Positions 1-9,941 of a DNA stretch of 64,000 nucleotides are shown here, one piece after another (position 1 is the first letter of the stretch; each line of letters starts with the position of its first letter). The stretch covers positions 5,831 to 69,830 of the forward strand of contig CAVVWT010000010.1 of assembly GCA_963752085.1 (NCBI GenBank), given 5' to 3'. The position numbers and the translations under genes are program-made. The notes under the pieces are model-generated. The model saw only the letters and a program-made list of their open reading frames with translations. It made no database searches and was not told where the DNA came from. This stretch comes from Ilumatobacteraceae bacterium (GTDB lineage Bacteria; Actinomycetota; Acidimicrobiia; Acidimicrobiales; Ilumatobacteraceae).

Positions 1-34
1 CCCGTCGTGTCACGATCGAATTGGAGTCCCGCTG

Positions 35-1621
35 ATGCCACGCCCCGGTTTTGTCCTCGACGTCGACCGCTCGACACCTCCCACGCTCTTCTGGCGCGGC
101 GAAGGGTTCAGCCTCGAACGTCTCCCCGCCGATCGCAGTCGCATCATCTATCCGCCCGAACCGTTGGCCGGGCTCGACAACCTCGACGGCCACATCCGCG
201 ACGCACTCCTGAACCCGCTCGACATGGAGCCACTGCCCGAGCTGTTGAAGCCGGACATGAAGCTGACGATCTGCTTCGACGACGCGAGCCTGTCGCTGCC
301 CAAGATGCAGCGCCCCGACAATCGCCAGCGGATCATCGAAGCGGTGCTCGACATGGCGGCCGAGGCCGGTGTCGACGACGTGCACATCATCGCTGCGCTG
401 GGACTGCATCGCCGCATGCACGAGTACGAACTGCGCCACGTGCTCGGCGACCGGATCGTGGACGCGTTCCTCCCCAAGGGTTTCCTGTATCAGCACGACG
501 CCGAGGACCCCGACAACCTCGCCGTGATCGGCCACACCGACGAGGGCGAGATCCTCGAGATCAACAAACGGGCCGCCGAGTCGGACCTCGTCGTCTACGC
601 GAACGTCAACCAGGTCGCCATGGACGGGGGGTGGAAGTCGCTCACCACGGGCCTTGCGAGCTACCGATGCCTCAGCGAGCACCACAACCCGGCCAGCCTG
701 CAGAACACACGCAGCCTGATGGACCGCCACCACTCGGCACTCCACAAGTCCATCTGGCGGATGGGCAAGCTGCTGCGCGACTCCGGCCCGAAGGTCTTCC
801 AGGTCGAGACCACCATCAACACCGAGGCGTTCCCGTCGCCGTTCGAGTTCCTCGCGAAGCGCGAATGGGAATGGACGGCCAAGGACCGCGGCCTGTTCCT
901 CGCCAGCTCCAAGTCCTTGAACAAGCTGCCGAACCGCACCAAGCGGAAGATCTTCCACAACATCGAGGCGCCCTATCGCACGACGAGCGTGCAGGCCGGA
1001 TTCACCGAAACCGTGCACGAGCGCACCCTCGAAAACGTGTATCAACAGCATCTCGTCGAGGTCGACGGCCAGACCGACATCCTCACGATGGGCATCCCGT
1101 TCATCAGCCCCTACAACCCCGAGTCGATCATGAATCCGATCCTCGTGATGTGCATGGGCCTCGGCTACCTGTTCAACATGTACCGGGGCAAACCGCTCGT
1201 CAAGGAAGGCGGCGTCGTGATCATGACGCACCCGACCTACGAGGAGTTCCACCCGGTCCACCATCCGAGCTACATCGACTTCTTCGACGAGGTGCTCGCC
1301 GACACGAGCGATCCGGCCGAGATGTCGACGAAGTGGGAGAAGAAGTACGCCGAGGACGACTGGTATCGCCACCTCTACCGGACGAGCTACGCCTACCACG
1401 GGGTCCATCCCTTCTACGCGTGGTACTGGGGTGCACACGGCCAGCAACATGCCGGGAAGGTGATCATTGTCGGCGGCCACGCTCCAGCCGTCCGCCGGCT
1501 CGGGTTCACCCCGGCATCGACGATGAACGACGCGCTCGAGATCGCGTCCGACACCGTGGGCCGTTCCCCCACCATCAGCCACCTCCACGTTCCCGGCGTC
1601 CTCGTCGCCGATGTGAAGTAG
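35..1621 (+). CDS. LarA-like (lactate racemase N-terminal / DUF2088 family) protein
   Basis: 528-aa ORF with balanced amino-acid composition. Blocks KLTICFDD, HIIAALGLHRRMHEYEL and VVYANVNQVAMDGGWKS resemble the LarA-family core. The canonical LarA D-x-T-R block is not evident, so the substrate is unassigned. Confidence 0.55.
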   Translation: MPRPGFVLDVDRSTPPTLFWRGEGFSLERLPADRSRIIYPPEPLAGLDNLDGHIRDALLNPLDMEPLPELLKPDMKLTICFDDASLSLPKMQRPDNRQRIIEAVLDMAAEAGVDDVHIIAALGLHRRMHEYELRHVLGDRIVDAFLPKGFLYQHDAEDPDNLAVIGHTDEGEILEINKRAAESDLVVYANVNQVAMDGGWKSLTTGLASYRCLSEHHNPASLQNTRSLMDRHHSALHKSIWRMGKLLRDSGPKVFQVETTINTEAFPSPFEFLAKREWEWTAKDRGLFLASSKSLNKLPNRTKRKIFHNIEAPYRTTSVQAGFTETVHERTLENVYQQHLVEVDGQTDILTMGIPFISPYNPESIMNPILVMCMGLGYLFNMYRGKPLVKEGGVVIMTHPTYEEFHPVHHPSYIDFFDEVLADTSDPAEMSTKWEKKYAEDDWYRHLYRTSYAYHGVHPFYAWYWGAHGQQHAGKVIIVGGHAPAVRRLGFTPASTMNDALEIASDTVGRSPTISHLHVPGVLVADVK

Positions 1622-1633
1622 GCGGCACACGAG

Positions 1634-2683
1634 ATGGCCGGACGCACCACTCGCCAGTACATCCGCCGGGGCCAGCGCCCCTCAGGGTCGGGCCGCTCGA
1701 TCCATGTCGCCCAGCGCGCCGCGGGCTCGGTCGAGGGGGCCGTGCGGACCGTCGCCCGACCGCTGGCACGTTTCGGCTTCCCCTACCGCAAACCGACCGC
1801 TCCGAAGCACGTGGTCGTTCCGCGTGAGCCCGACGGTCTCGGTGATGCCTACGACACCGAGTGGGCCCGGCGTCCCCTCGCCCAAGCCGTGCGGGGCCTC
1901 ATCATCGAGGGTCCGATGCGGTTGGCCGTGCGCACGATCGCGAGCCCTCGCGTGTCGGGTGTCGATCGCCTGACCGACCTGCTCCGGGTGGACGAGCCCG
2001 GCCCGGTGATCTTTGCACCCAACCACCACAGCCACATCGACACGGGCGTGATGATCCACTCGATCCCCGCGGTGTGGCGGCGCGACCTCGTCGTCGCGGC
2101 GGCAGCCGACTATTTCTTCGACGCCCATTGGAAAGCCGCCGTGTCGGCGCTCGCACTCAACGCGATCCCGATCGACCGGGGTGCCACGAGCCGGGCCACG
2201 TTCGACCGGCTGCGCGATGTGATCGCCGACGGCAACAGCCTGATCATCTACCCGGAGGGTGGACGCTCTCCGGACGGCTGGGGACAGGACTTCAAGGGCG
2301 GTGCCGCGTATCTCTCGACACGCACCGGTGCGCCGATCGTGCCGGTCCACATCGACGGAACCGGGGAGATCTTCGGGAAGGGGGCGACCAAGCTGTCGCC
2401 AGGGCGGACGACGGTCGTGTTCGGCACGCCGCTGACGTCTGCCGACGGCGAGAACACCCGTCGTTTCAACGAGCGCATCGAGGCCGCGGTCACCCGCCTC
2501 GGTGACGAGACGCTGACCGACTGGTGGACAGCGACGCGCAACGCTGCGTCTGGTCGCAACCCGAAGCTGTCGGGACCCGATCACAACGGTTGGCGGCGCC
2601 AGTGGCACCTCGGCGAGAAGCGGCGGCTCAGCACCGCAGGCATCCGTCGTCGCCGCGCCCGCCGCTGGCCCGATCTCGGCTGA
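1634..2683 (+). CDS. lysophospholipid (PlsC-type) acyltransferase
   Basis: HX4D motif (FAPNHHSHIDTG) and the IIYPEGGRSPDG block typical of glycerolipid acyltransferases. The start lies 13 nt after the upstream stop; the exact start is uncertain. Confidence 0.7.
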   Translation: MAGRTTRQYIRRGQRPSGSGRSIHVAQRAAGSVEGAVRTVARPLARFGFPYRKPTAPKHVVVPREPDGLGDAYDTEWARRPLAQAVRGLIIEGPMRLAVRTIASPRVSGVDRLTDLLRVDEPGPVIFAPNHHSHIDTGVMIHSIPAVWRRDLVVAAAADYFFDAHWKAAVSALALNAIPIDRGATSRATFDRLRDVIADGNSLIIYPEGGRSPDGWGQDFKGGAAYLSTRTGAPIVPVHIDGTGEIFGKGATKLSPGRTTVVFGTPLTSADGENTRRFNERIEAAVTRLGDETLTDWWTATRNAASGRNPKLSGPDHNGWRRQWHLGEKRRLSTAGIRRRRARRWPDLG

Positions 2684-2713
2684 CCGCCTGGCGCTCGACC
2701 GGCCCATCCGTCG

Positions 2714-3757
2714 GTGATGTCTGGCCCGAAGCTCGATCCGGCAGACTGTGCAGCGATGACCAGCGCACCACGATTGTTCTTCCTCGTTGCAGCGCTGGCG
2801 CTCGTCGGAGCGGCCTGTACGCAACAGGAGTCGGTGACCCCGGCGTCTCCCACTCCGACGACCCCCACAACGGTGGCGCTGTCCACCACTGCGGCTTCCG
2901 CACCCGTCACCGAGCCGCCAGCGACCGAGCCGCTCCCGGCCCCGGCGCCCGAGACGACGAGCACCGTCCCGTCGACCACCACACCGCCTCCGTCTGGCAT
3001 CCCGTCATCGACGCCGACCCAGTACTTCGGCGGCGGCGATGCCGACGGTTGGCTCTACCTCGGCCAATGGACCGGCAATACGTGGGAGTCGGCGCTCGAC
3101 GATGCCCAGGTTCCTCGTCAACCGGCGATTGCGAGCGACGAGGTCCTCATCCACGAAAGCGACCTGGCGCCGATCGCCGGCTCGGTCGGGACGACGGCCG
3201 AGGCGTGCTCCGACGGACGGACCGGTCCGGTGATCTCTCCGAACGCTCGCGCTCCGGAGGATCCAGGCTTCGGGTATCGATCGATTGCGTTCGCCGCCGA
3301 ATGGCCGACTCAGCCGCGACAGATCGCGCTGGTCGACGCCGATGTCGACGCCTACGCCACAGCCGGTGTCGCCGCGTTCAACGGCACCGGTGTCGACGCC
3401 ACGACCGGCCAGATCCGGCAGATCGTCGTAACGGACCTCGACGGTGACGGCGACACCGAGTCGCTCGTCGCGTTCGGGGGCACGGGTTTCTCCGCACTGC
3501 TCCTGATCGACGCCGATTCCGGCGCAGCGCTGACCGTTGCGAGCGACAACGTGCCCGTCGCCGTCCCCGACACCGGTCCGACGACCGATCCGCCCGCCGC
3601 GTCGTCGGAAAGCCACCGCACGCTGGCGGTGGCCGATCTGAACGGCGACGGGCTGATGGAGTTCGTCGTCCATGCCTGGGAGGGCGACGACGCCAGCGTG
3701 ATCATCAACACCTACGACGGCACCGAGGTGACCGCGGTCCTGACGACCACCTGCTGA
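2714..3757 (+). CDS. secreted protein or lipoprotein with FG-GAP/VCBS-like repeats
   Basis: N-terminal hydrophobic segment ending LVGAAC (lipobox-like), then a Thr/Pro-rich linker. DLDGDGDTE and DLNGDGLMEF are calcium-binding FG-GAP-type loops. An alternative start is at 2756. Confidence 0.5.
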   Translation: MMSGPKLDPADCAAMTSAPRLFFLVAALALVGAACTQQESVTPASPTPTTPTTVALSTTAASAPVTEPPATEPLPAPAPETTSTVPSTTTPPPSGIPSSTPTQYFGGGDADGWLYLGQWTGNTWESALDDAQVPRQPAIASDEVLIHESDLAPIAGSVGTTAEACSDGRTGPVISPNARAPEDPGFGYRSIAFAAEWPTQPRQIALVDADVDAYATAGVAAFNGTGVDATTGQIRQIVVTDLDGDGDTESLVAFGGTGFSALLLIDADSGAALTVASDNVPVAVPDTGPTTDPPAASSESHRTLAVADLNGDGLMEFVVHAWEGDDASVIINTYDGTEVTAVLTTTC

Positions 3758-3763
3758 CGTTTC

Positions 3764-3829
3764 GTGACACAACGGGTCAGACCCGTTATGTCACGCGTGA
3801 CGCAACGGGTCAGACCCGTTGTGTAACGC
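3764..3829. terminator. two tandem 33-bp units, each an imperfect 15-nt-arm hairpin, between convergent genes
   Basis: Unit 1 is GTGACACAACGGGTC-A-GACCCGTTATGTCAC (3764-3794). Unit 2 is GTGACGCAACGGGTC-A-GACCCGTTGTGTAAC (3797-3827). The units are 30/33 identical. They sit between the stop at 3757 (+) and the stop at 3830 (-). There is no T-tract. Confidence 0.5.
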
Positions 3830-5692
3830 TCACCAGGTGTCGACCTGCGGGCGATGGCCGCGCCGGCTGTCGGGGGTCGCGTCGAGCAGCGTCGTCAGCC
3901 AGCGCCGGGTGTCGGCGGGGTCGATCACATCGTCGATCTCGAAGTGCGACGCCACGTTGACCGCCTTGCCGTGGGCGTACATCCGATCGACCATCTCCTG
4001 GAACAGCACCTCACGTTCACCGTCGTCGGCGACGGCTTCCAGCTCCTTGCGGTAGCCGAGGCGTACCGCACCTTCGAGCCCCATGCCACCGAATTCGCCG
4101 GTCGGCCAGGACAGGCACGCCAGCGGTGCCTTGGTCGAGCCGCCCATCATCGCCTGGGCGCCCAGCCCGTACGCCTTGCGGGTGACGACGGTGATGGTCG
4201 GCACCGACAGGTTCGCACCTGTCACGAACAGCCGTGAGCAGTGCCTGACGAGCGCCGTCTCCTCGACGTCGGGTCCGACCATCATGCCCGGCGTGTCGCA
4301 CAGCGTGATGACCGGGAGCCCGTGGGCATCGCACAGTTGCATGAACCGGGCCGCCTTGTCGGAGCCGTCGCTGTCGATCGCTCCCCCGAGGTGCTTCGGG
4401 TTGTTGGCCAGCACGCCGACCGGTCGTCCTTCGAGCCGGGCCAACGCCGTCACCATGCCCAGACCGAACCCGTTCCGGAGTTCGAGCACCGACTCGTGGT
4501 CGAACAGTCCGTCGATCACGCGTCGGATGTCGTACGCCCGGAGGCGGTCGAGTGGCACGACGTCGCGCAGTTCCCGCTGATCGGGCGCCGACCACGCCTC
4601 GGTGCGGCCCTGGAAGTACGACAGGTACCGCTTCGCGACGACGACCGCCTCGGCCTCGTCTGCCACCACGACGTCGACGACACCATTCGATCCCTGGACC
4701 TCGATCGGTCCGATGTCGGTCGGCGCGTACACGCCGAGACCGCCACCTTCGATCATCGCCGGGCCGCCCATCCCGATGTTGCTGTCCTCGGTGGCGATGA
4801 CCACGTCACAGCAACCGAGGATGGCTGCGTTGCCGGCGAAGCAGTACCCCGATGCGACCCCGACCAGCGGAACCGTGCCCGACAGCTCGGCAAACCACCA
4901 GAACGCAAGGCAGTCGAGCCCGCTCACCCCGGTTGGGTCGGTGTCGCCAGGACGTCCGCCCCCACCCTCGGTGAAGAACACGACCGGGGCACGCAGCTGC
5001 TCCGCGACCTCGATCAGCCGGTCCTTCTTGCGGTGGTTCTGGTAACCCTGCGTGCCGGCCAGAACCGTGTAGTCGTACGACATGACGACGGTCTTGGCGG
5101 CCCGACCGGGGAACAGGTCGCCGTTCACGTCGCCGACGCCGCCGATCAGCCCATCGGCGGGCGTGTTGGCGATCAGGTCGGCGACGTCACGGCGCCGACG
5201 CTGCGCAGCGATCACGGTCGGGCCGTACTCGACGAAGGTGCCGGGGTCGATGAGGTCGGCGAGGTTCTCGCGGGCGGTCCGTTTGCCCTTGCCGTGACGC
5301 TTCTCGACCGCCATGATCCGGTTGGCGTCGAGACCCGCTGCGTGGCGTGCGACGACCTCGGCGAGGTCGGGTCGATCGGCTGATTGCTCGGATGCATCCG
5401 CGGCGACCGGCTCGGCACGACCAGACGGCGGCGGGAGGTCGCCCGATCCCCGAGCGGACGGCCCCAGTGCGATCACGGCGTCGTCGGGCGCCAGCGTGGT
5501 GCCGACCGGTGCGAGGATCGCCGTCACGGTGCCGGCCGCCGATGCGATCACGTCGTGGTGCATCTTCATCGACTCGATGAGTGCGACCACCGTCCCCGCC
5601 CGAACCTGTTCGCCCTCCGAGACGAGCACCTCGACGATCGTCCCCTGGAGCTCGGTCGTGACGGTGATCTTCGTCGCACCCTGTTCCGACAT
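3830..5692 (-). CDS. biotinyl (BCCP) domain fused to an acyl-CoA carboxyltransferase (AccD/PccB-like)
   Basis: The N-terminus carries the biotinylation motif (ALIESMKMHHDV). A linker follows, then a roughly 520-aa crotonase-fold carboxyltransferase (KRTARENLADLIDPGTFVEYG...). Start taken at MSEQG; the ORF is open to 5725. Confidence 0.8.
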   Translation of the reverse strand: MSEQGATKITVTTELQGTIVEVLVSEGEQVRAGTVVALIESMKMHHDVIASAAGTVTAILAPVGTTLAPDDAVIALGPSARGSGDLPPPSGRAEPVAADASEQSADRPDLAEVVARHAAGLDANRIMAVEKRHGKGKRTARENLADLIDPGTFVEYGPTVIAAQRRRRDVADLIANTPADGLIGGVGDVNGDLFPGRAAKTVVMSYDYTVLAGTQGYQNHRKKDRLIEVAEQLRAPVVFFTEGGGGRPGDTDPTGVSGLDCLAFWWFAELSGTVPLVGVASGYCFAGNAAILGCCDVVIATEDSNIGMGGPAMIEGGGLGVYAPTDIGPIEVQGSNGVVDVVVADEAEAVVVAKRYLSYFQGRTEAWSAPDQRELRDVVPLDRLRAYDIRRVIDGLFDHESVLELRNGFGLGMVTALARLEGRPVGVLANNPKHLGGAIDSDGSDKAARFMQLCDAHGLPVITLCDTPGMMVGPDVEETALVRHCSRLFVTGANLSVPTITVVTRKAYGLGAQAMMGGSTKAPLACLSWPTGEFGGMGLEGAVRLGYRKELEAVADDGEREVLFQEMVDRMYAHGKAVNVASHFEIDDVIDPADTRRWLTTLLDATPDSRRGHRPQVDTW

Positions 5693-5833
5693 GGCAGCCG
5701 GTCTAGCACGCACGACACACGGCACCCTGGTTCGACAACGGGTGCAGTCGCCCGATCGACGGCCACGCCGCGGACCACGGGCATGTGAACGGCACCCGCA
5801 CCGGCGATGTGGCCATGGCCCCCGTCGAAGCAG

Positions 5834-7199
5834 CTAATTCGGGTTGGCGACCGGTGACCGCTGGAACGTGGTGATCGACACCTCGCCCATCACGAGGTCG
5901 GCTGCGACGGCCGCGAACAACGCCGGCACGATGAAGCCCGGCTGGCCGGTGGTCTCGGCGACGAACATCACCGCGGCAAGCGGCACCCGGTAGCCGGCGC
6001 CGAGGAACGCGGCGATCCCGAGCAGCACGTACAGGGTGGGGTCAACCGTGTTGAACACGTCGCCCACGATCCGACCGACGATGGCGCCACCGACGACCAG
6101 CGGGATGAACATGCCGCCGACGCCGCCACCGGCCAGCGTCGTCGCAGTCGCGAACATCCGCAGGAAGAAGATCGCAACGAGCACCCAGAGTGCCTGGGGG
6201 TCGAACAACCACGCGAAGACCTCGTAGCCCGAGCCGAGCGTGAGGCTCTCCCCCTTGGCCGGATCCCAGTCCTCCGAGGTGATCACTCGGGTGATGAAGT
6301 AGATGACCGTGAGGAGCCCGCCCGCAACCGCCAGGCGGATGGCGATCGGCCGCAACGTGAACGCCTTGGCCGTCCGAATGAGTTTGGAGAAGACCCGTGC
6401 GCCCACGGCACAGCCCACGCCGACGAGCACGGCGCCGAGCAGGTCGATGTAGTTGAACAGCGACGCCGTCCGCTCGTCGCTGTCCGACGAGGAAGATCGG
6501 ATCGGTACTCGTGCATGCGACGAACGTGAGATACCCCGAAGCGCTCGCGACCAGCGCCGGCAGCAGCATGCGCCGCGCCATCTGGTCGCGGAACGGCACC
6601 TCGAGCGCGAAGATCGCGCCCGTCGCCGGCGCCTTGAAGATGGCCGCCACACCGGCGGCAGCACCTGCAACGAGCAGCGTGCGGTAGTCGGCGCCCCGGA
6701 ACGACGCAGGCAGACGGCGCTGGATCATGGCGCCGATCGCGGACCCGCCGTACATCGACGGACCCTTCCAGGCCCATCGCGCCACCGGTTCCGAGCGTGG
6801 TCACGGCCGCAGCGATGCGGCCGACGAAGGCACGCCAGCGCAGCGGGTACTCGGGATCGTGGAACGCGCGGAGATACTCGTCGGACGTTGCCGATGACGC
6901 GCCCGATCCCGACCGTTTGCAGGATCAGAGCGGAAGCCACCAGACCCGAGCCCGGGGACGATCAGCCCCCACTTCCAGTCGGCCTCGAACAGCCGATGGA
7001 GCATGAGCTCGGTGACCACGTACTCGAAGAAGTAGACGCCGATCCCCGTGATCGCGCCGGTGACCGCAGCCAGGAGCACCACCTCTCGGGATCGGCGGAC
7101 GAGATCACGGAACTCATCGGTGCGAATGTCGAGATTCGAGGGTCGAAACCCCGTCATCACCCGTTCACGCCACACGAGCGTCAACTCTAAGCCCCGCAT
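5834..7199 (-). pseudogene. ClC-type chloride channel/antiporter, frame-disrupted as assembled (at least 4 shifts)
   Basis: Consecutive ClC segments lie in different frames. These are [21 protein letters not shown] (6801..7355 ORF), LVASALILQTVGIG, TSDEYLRAFHDPEYPLRWRAFVGRIAAAVTTLGTGGAMGLEG, PSMYGGSAIGAMI...KAPATGAIFALEV (6042..6785 ORF) and GGVGGMFIPLVVGGAIVG...GYRVPLAAVMFVAETTG (5834..6670 ORF). Shifts are near 6950, 6888, 6765 and 6500. Confidence 0.7.
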
Positions 7200-7245
7200 G
7201 GCATCTCCGACTTCAGTTCTGGCCAGAACGTACGATGAAGCAGAC

Positions 7246-8312
7246 ATGCCCATCGCGCTCGTCACCGGATCCGCCGGCCTCATCGGGTCCCAGGCCGCCG
7301 AGCACTTCGCCGGTCTCGGAATGCAGGTCGTGGGTGTCGACAACGACATGCGCAAGGTGTTCTTCGGCGACGACTCGTCGACCGCCTGGATGGCCGGCAG
7401 CGCTCGAGGACGAGCTCGGCGAGCCTACACCCACGAGCACCTCGACATCCGCGACCGTCCGGCGGTCGAGGACCTGTTCCGGACGTACGGCACCGACATC
7501 GAGCTCGTGATCCACACCGCCGCCCAACCGTCGCACGACTGGGCAGCTCGCGACCCGTTCACCGACTTCGACGTCAATGCCGTCGGGACGCTGAACATGA
7601 TCGAGAACACCCGCCAGCACTGCCCGGAGGCGGTGTTCATCTTCACCTCGACCAACAAGGTCTACGGCGACACGCCGAACCGGCTCCCGCTGCGTCGAGC
7701 AGGAGACGCGCTGGGAGATCGACCCGTCACACGAGTACGCCGACGGGATCAAGGAGGACATGTCGATCGACATGACCAAGCACAGCCTGTTCGGGGCGTC
7801 GAAGGTCGCCGCCGACGTCGTGGTGCAGGAATACGGCCGCTACTTCGACATGAAGACCTCGTGCTTCCGCGGCGGAACCCTCACCGGCCCGAACCACTCG
7901 GCTGCCGAACTCCACGGGTTCCTCGCCTACGTGATGCAGTGCACGATGTCGGGCACGCCGTACCGGGTGTTCGGCTACAAGGGCAAGCAGGTGCGCGATG
8001 CGATCCACTCGTCCGACCTGATCAACGGCTTCGAGGCCGTCTACCGCAACCCGCGCAGCGCCGAGGTGTACAACATCGGCGGCGGCCGACACTCGAACTG
8101 CTCGGTTCGCGAAGCGATCGCGATGTGCGAGGACATCACCGGTCAGACAGCTCGACCACACCTACGTCGAGGACAACCGCATCGGCGACCACATCTGGTG
8201 GATCGGCAGCAACGCCCGCTTCGAGGAGCACTACCCCGAATGGTCACTGCAGTACGACGTTCGGATGATCCTCGAGGAGATGTTCGAGGCCAACACGGAC
8301 CGCTGGTCCTGA
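7246..8312 (+). pseudogene. NAD-dependent epimerase/dehydratase (extended SDR, CDP-paratose 2-epimerase-like), 2 frame shifts as assembled
   Basis: Rossmann motif [10 protein letters not shown] at the start. The protein continues in a second frame from about 7693 ([37 protein letters not shown]...). A third frame from about 8148 gives [32 protein letters not shown]...RWS ending at the stop. The catalytic YxxxK block reads FGASK as assembled. Confidence 0.75.
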
Positions 8313-8332
8313 GATCGTTCGGGCGACAGCAC

Positions 8333-9133
8333 ATGATCGATCGACGGAAAGGTCTCGATCCTCGGCGTCGCAGGTCGATGTGGTCGACTACGCCGCCGCC
8401 GTCGAGCGGATCATCGATGCGGCCGTCGACGGACGCCCCTACTCGGTGTCGGCGCTGGCCGTCCACGGCGTGATGGAAGGCGTCGACGACCCCGAACACA
8501 TGGCTCGGCTCAACGCATTCGACCTGATCACGCCTGATGGGCAACCGGTTCGGTGGGCGATGAACTGGTTGCACGACGCCGAACTCGCCGACCGCGTCTA
8601 CGGCCCCCAGCTGACGCTCGAGGTCTGCCGTGCCGCGGCGTCCGCGGGCCTGCCCGTGTACTTCTACGGGTCGACGCAGGACACGCTCGACCACCTGGCC
8701 GAGCGATTGCCGACGCTCGCGCCGGGGATCGAGATCGCCGGGATGCAGCCGTCACGGTTCCGCCCGTCGACCGAGGACGAACTCGACGAGCTCGCGGCCG
8801 AGATCCGAGCGACCGGCGCGAAGATCTGCATGGTCGGCCTCGGGTGCCCTCGTCAGGAGGTGTTCGCCTACGAGAACGCTCGAGCGCGTGTCGATGCCAC
8901 TCATGGCCGTCGGTGCCGCGTTCGACTTCCACGCCGGTCTGGCCTCCGAGCCACCGGCCTGGGTCCAGCGGGCCGGACTGCAGTGGGCGCAACGTCTCGT
9001 CGCCGATCCGACCCGCCTCTGGCGTCGGTATCTGATCCTGAACCCGCGCTACGTCGCGGGCATCGTTCGCCAACGTGCCGGACGGTACACCCCGACCGCC
9101 GGGCGCACCCCGACACACGTCGGACACAGCTGA
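8333..9133 (+). pseudogene. WecG/TagA/CpsF-family (GT26) glycosyltransferase, about 3 frame shifts as assembled
   Basis: Core ITPDGQPVRWA...VYFYGSTQDTLDHL...ICMVGLGCPRQEVF lies in the 8380 ORF. The C-terminus MPLMAVGAAFDFHAGL...LQWAQRLVADPTRLWRRYL lies in the 8630..9133 frame (shift near 8880). The family N-terminal motif ILGVxVD is recovered ([19 protein letters not shown]) only if single Gs at about 8351 and 8373 are removed. Confidence 0.7.
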
Positions 9134-9176
9134 GGAGCGCCACCGACCACCACCATCGACGCCCTGAGCGATCAGG

Positions 9177-9941
9177 TCAGCTGCCGGCGTTGTCACCGAG
9201 CAACGCGGCCGGCGTGTTCAGCAGAATCGCGATGTCGGTCCGCCAGGAGAGTTGCTCGACGTACTGGAGGTCCCATTCGCCGTGCTCGTGCATCGGACCA
9301 GCACCGCGGGCCGAGATCTGCCAGAGTCCGGTGAGTCCGGGCTTGACTTGATGGCGCTGGTCGAGACCCGGGCGGTAACTCTCGACGACCGACTCGAGCT
9401 CGGGCCGCGGGCCGACGATGCTCATCTCACCGCGGATCACGTTGACCAGCTGCGGGAGCTCGTCGAGGCTGTACCTGCGAAGGAACCGGCCGAGCCCGGT
9501 ATGTCGAGGGTCGCGGTGCGACTTGTGGGTCTCGCGACGGTCGTGGATCACATCGAGGCGGAGACCGCGACGATCGGGTTGCATGGTCCGAAATTTCAGC
9601 ACGTCGAACGGCACGCCGTCGCGCCCGACGCGACGCTGCCGAAAGAGGATCGGGCGGCCCAGGGTGACCGCGATCATGCCGGCGATCATCGTCATCGGGA
9701 TCGCAGCGAGGATCAGCCCGACCACGGCGAAGACTCGATCGAGCACCGGCTTGATCATCGAGGTGTAGAGCGTGCGGCGAACCCGCACCTCGGGCATCGA
9801 TTCCTCGACGACGGGGCGAATCGGCCGGATGTCGGCACCAGCGGTCGCTGACCCGACCTCGGCATGTCGTGGTCTCGCCACGAGCGTTGCTCCCGTACCC
9901 TGTTCCGCCATGTTCACACCCGTTTCAGTCCGCACCGTCAA
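9177..9941 (-). CDS. undecaprenyl-phosphate sugar phosphotransferase (bacterial sugar transferase, priming enzyme)
   Basis: Intact ORF with one TM segment. It shows the conserved PILFRQRRVGRDG..F...KFRTM and DELPQL.NV..GEMS.VGPRP blocks of the Bac_transf family. Confidence 0.85.
   Translation of the reverse strand: MTVRTETGVNMAEQGTGATLVARPRHAEVGSATAGADIRPIRPVVEESMPEVRVRRTLYTSMIKPVLDRVFAVVGLILAAIPMTMIAGMIAVTLGRPILFRQRRVGRDGVPFDVLKFRTMQPDRRGLRLDVIHDRRETHKSHRDPRHTGLGRFLRRYSLDELPQLVNVIRGEMSIVGPRPELESVVESYRPGLDQRHQVKPGLTGLWQISARGAGPMHEHGEWDLQYVEQLSWRTDIAILLNTPAALLGDNAGS

Noticed and set aside
7-1827. Long ORFs overlapping or antisense to the genes called here. Examples: 7..1827, 1682..2824, 14381..15982, 17082..18752, 21200..22264, 23064..24440, 27525..29006, 44756..46276, 48159..49661, 59768..61993, 62194..63768.
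   Set aside because: They are extremely Arg/Pro/Gly/His-rich with no recognisable motifs, and each one shadows a frame that carries clear family signatures. This is the expected artefact of very high GC3 content, not overlapping genes.
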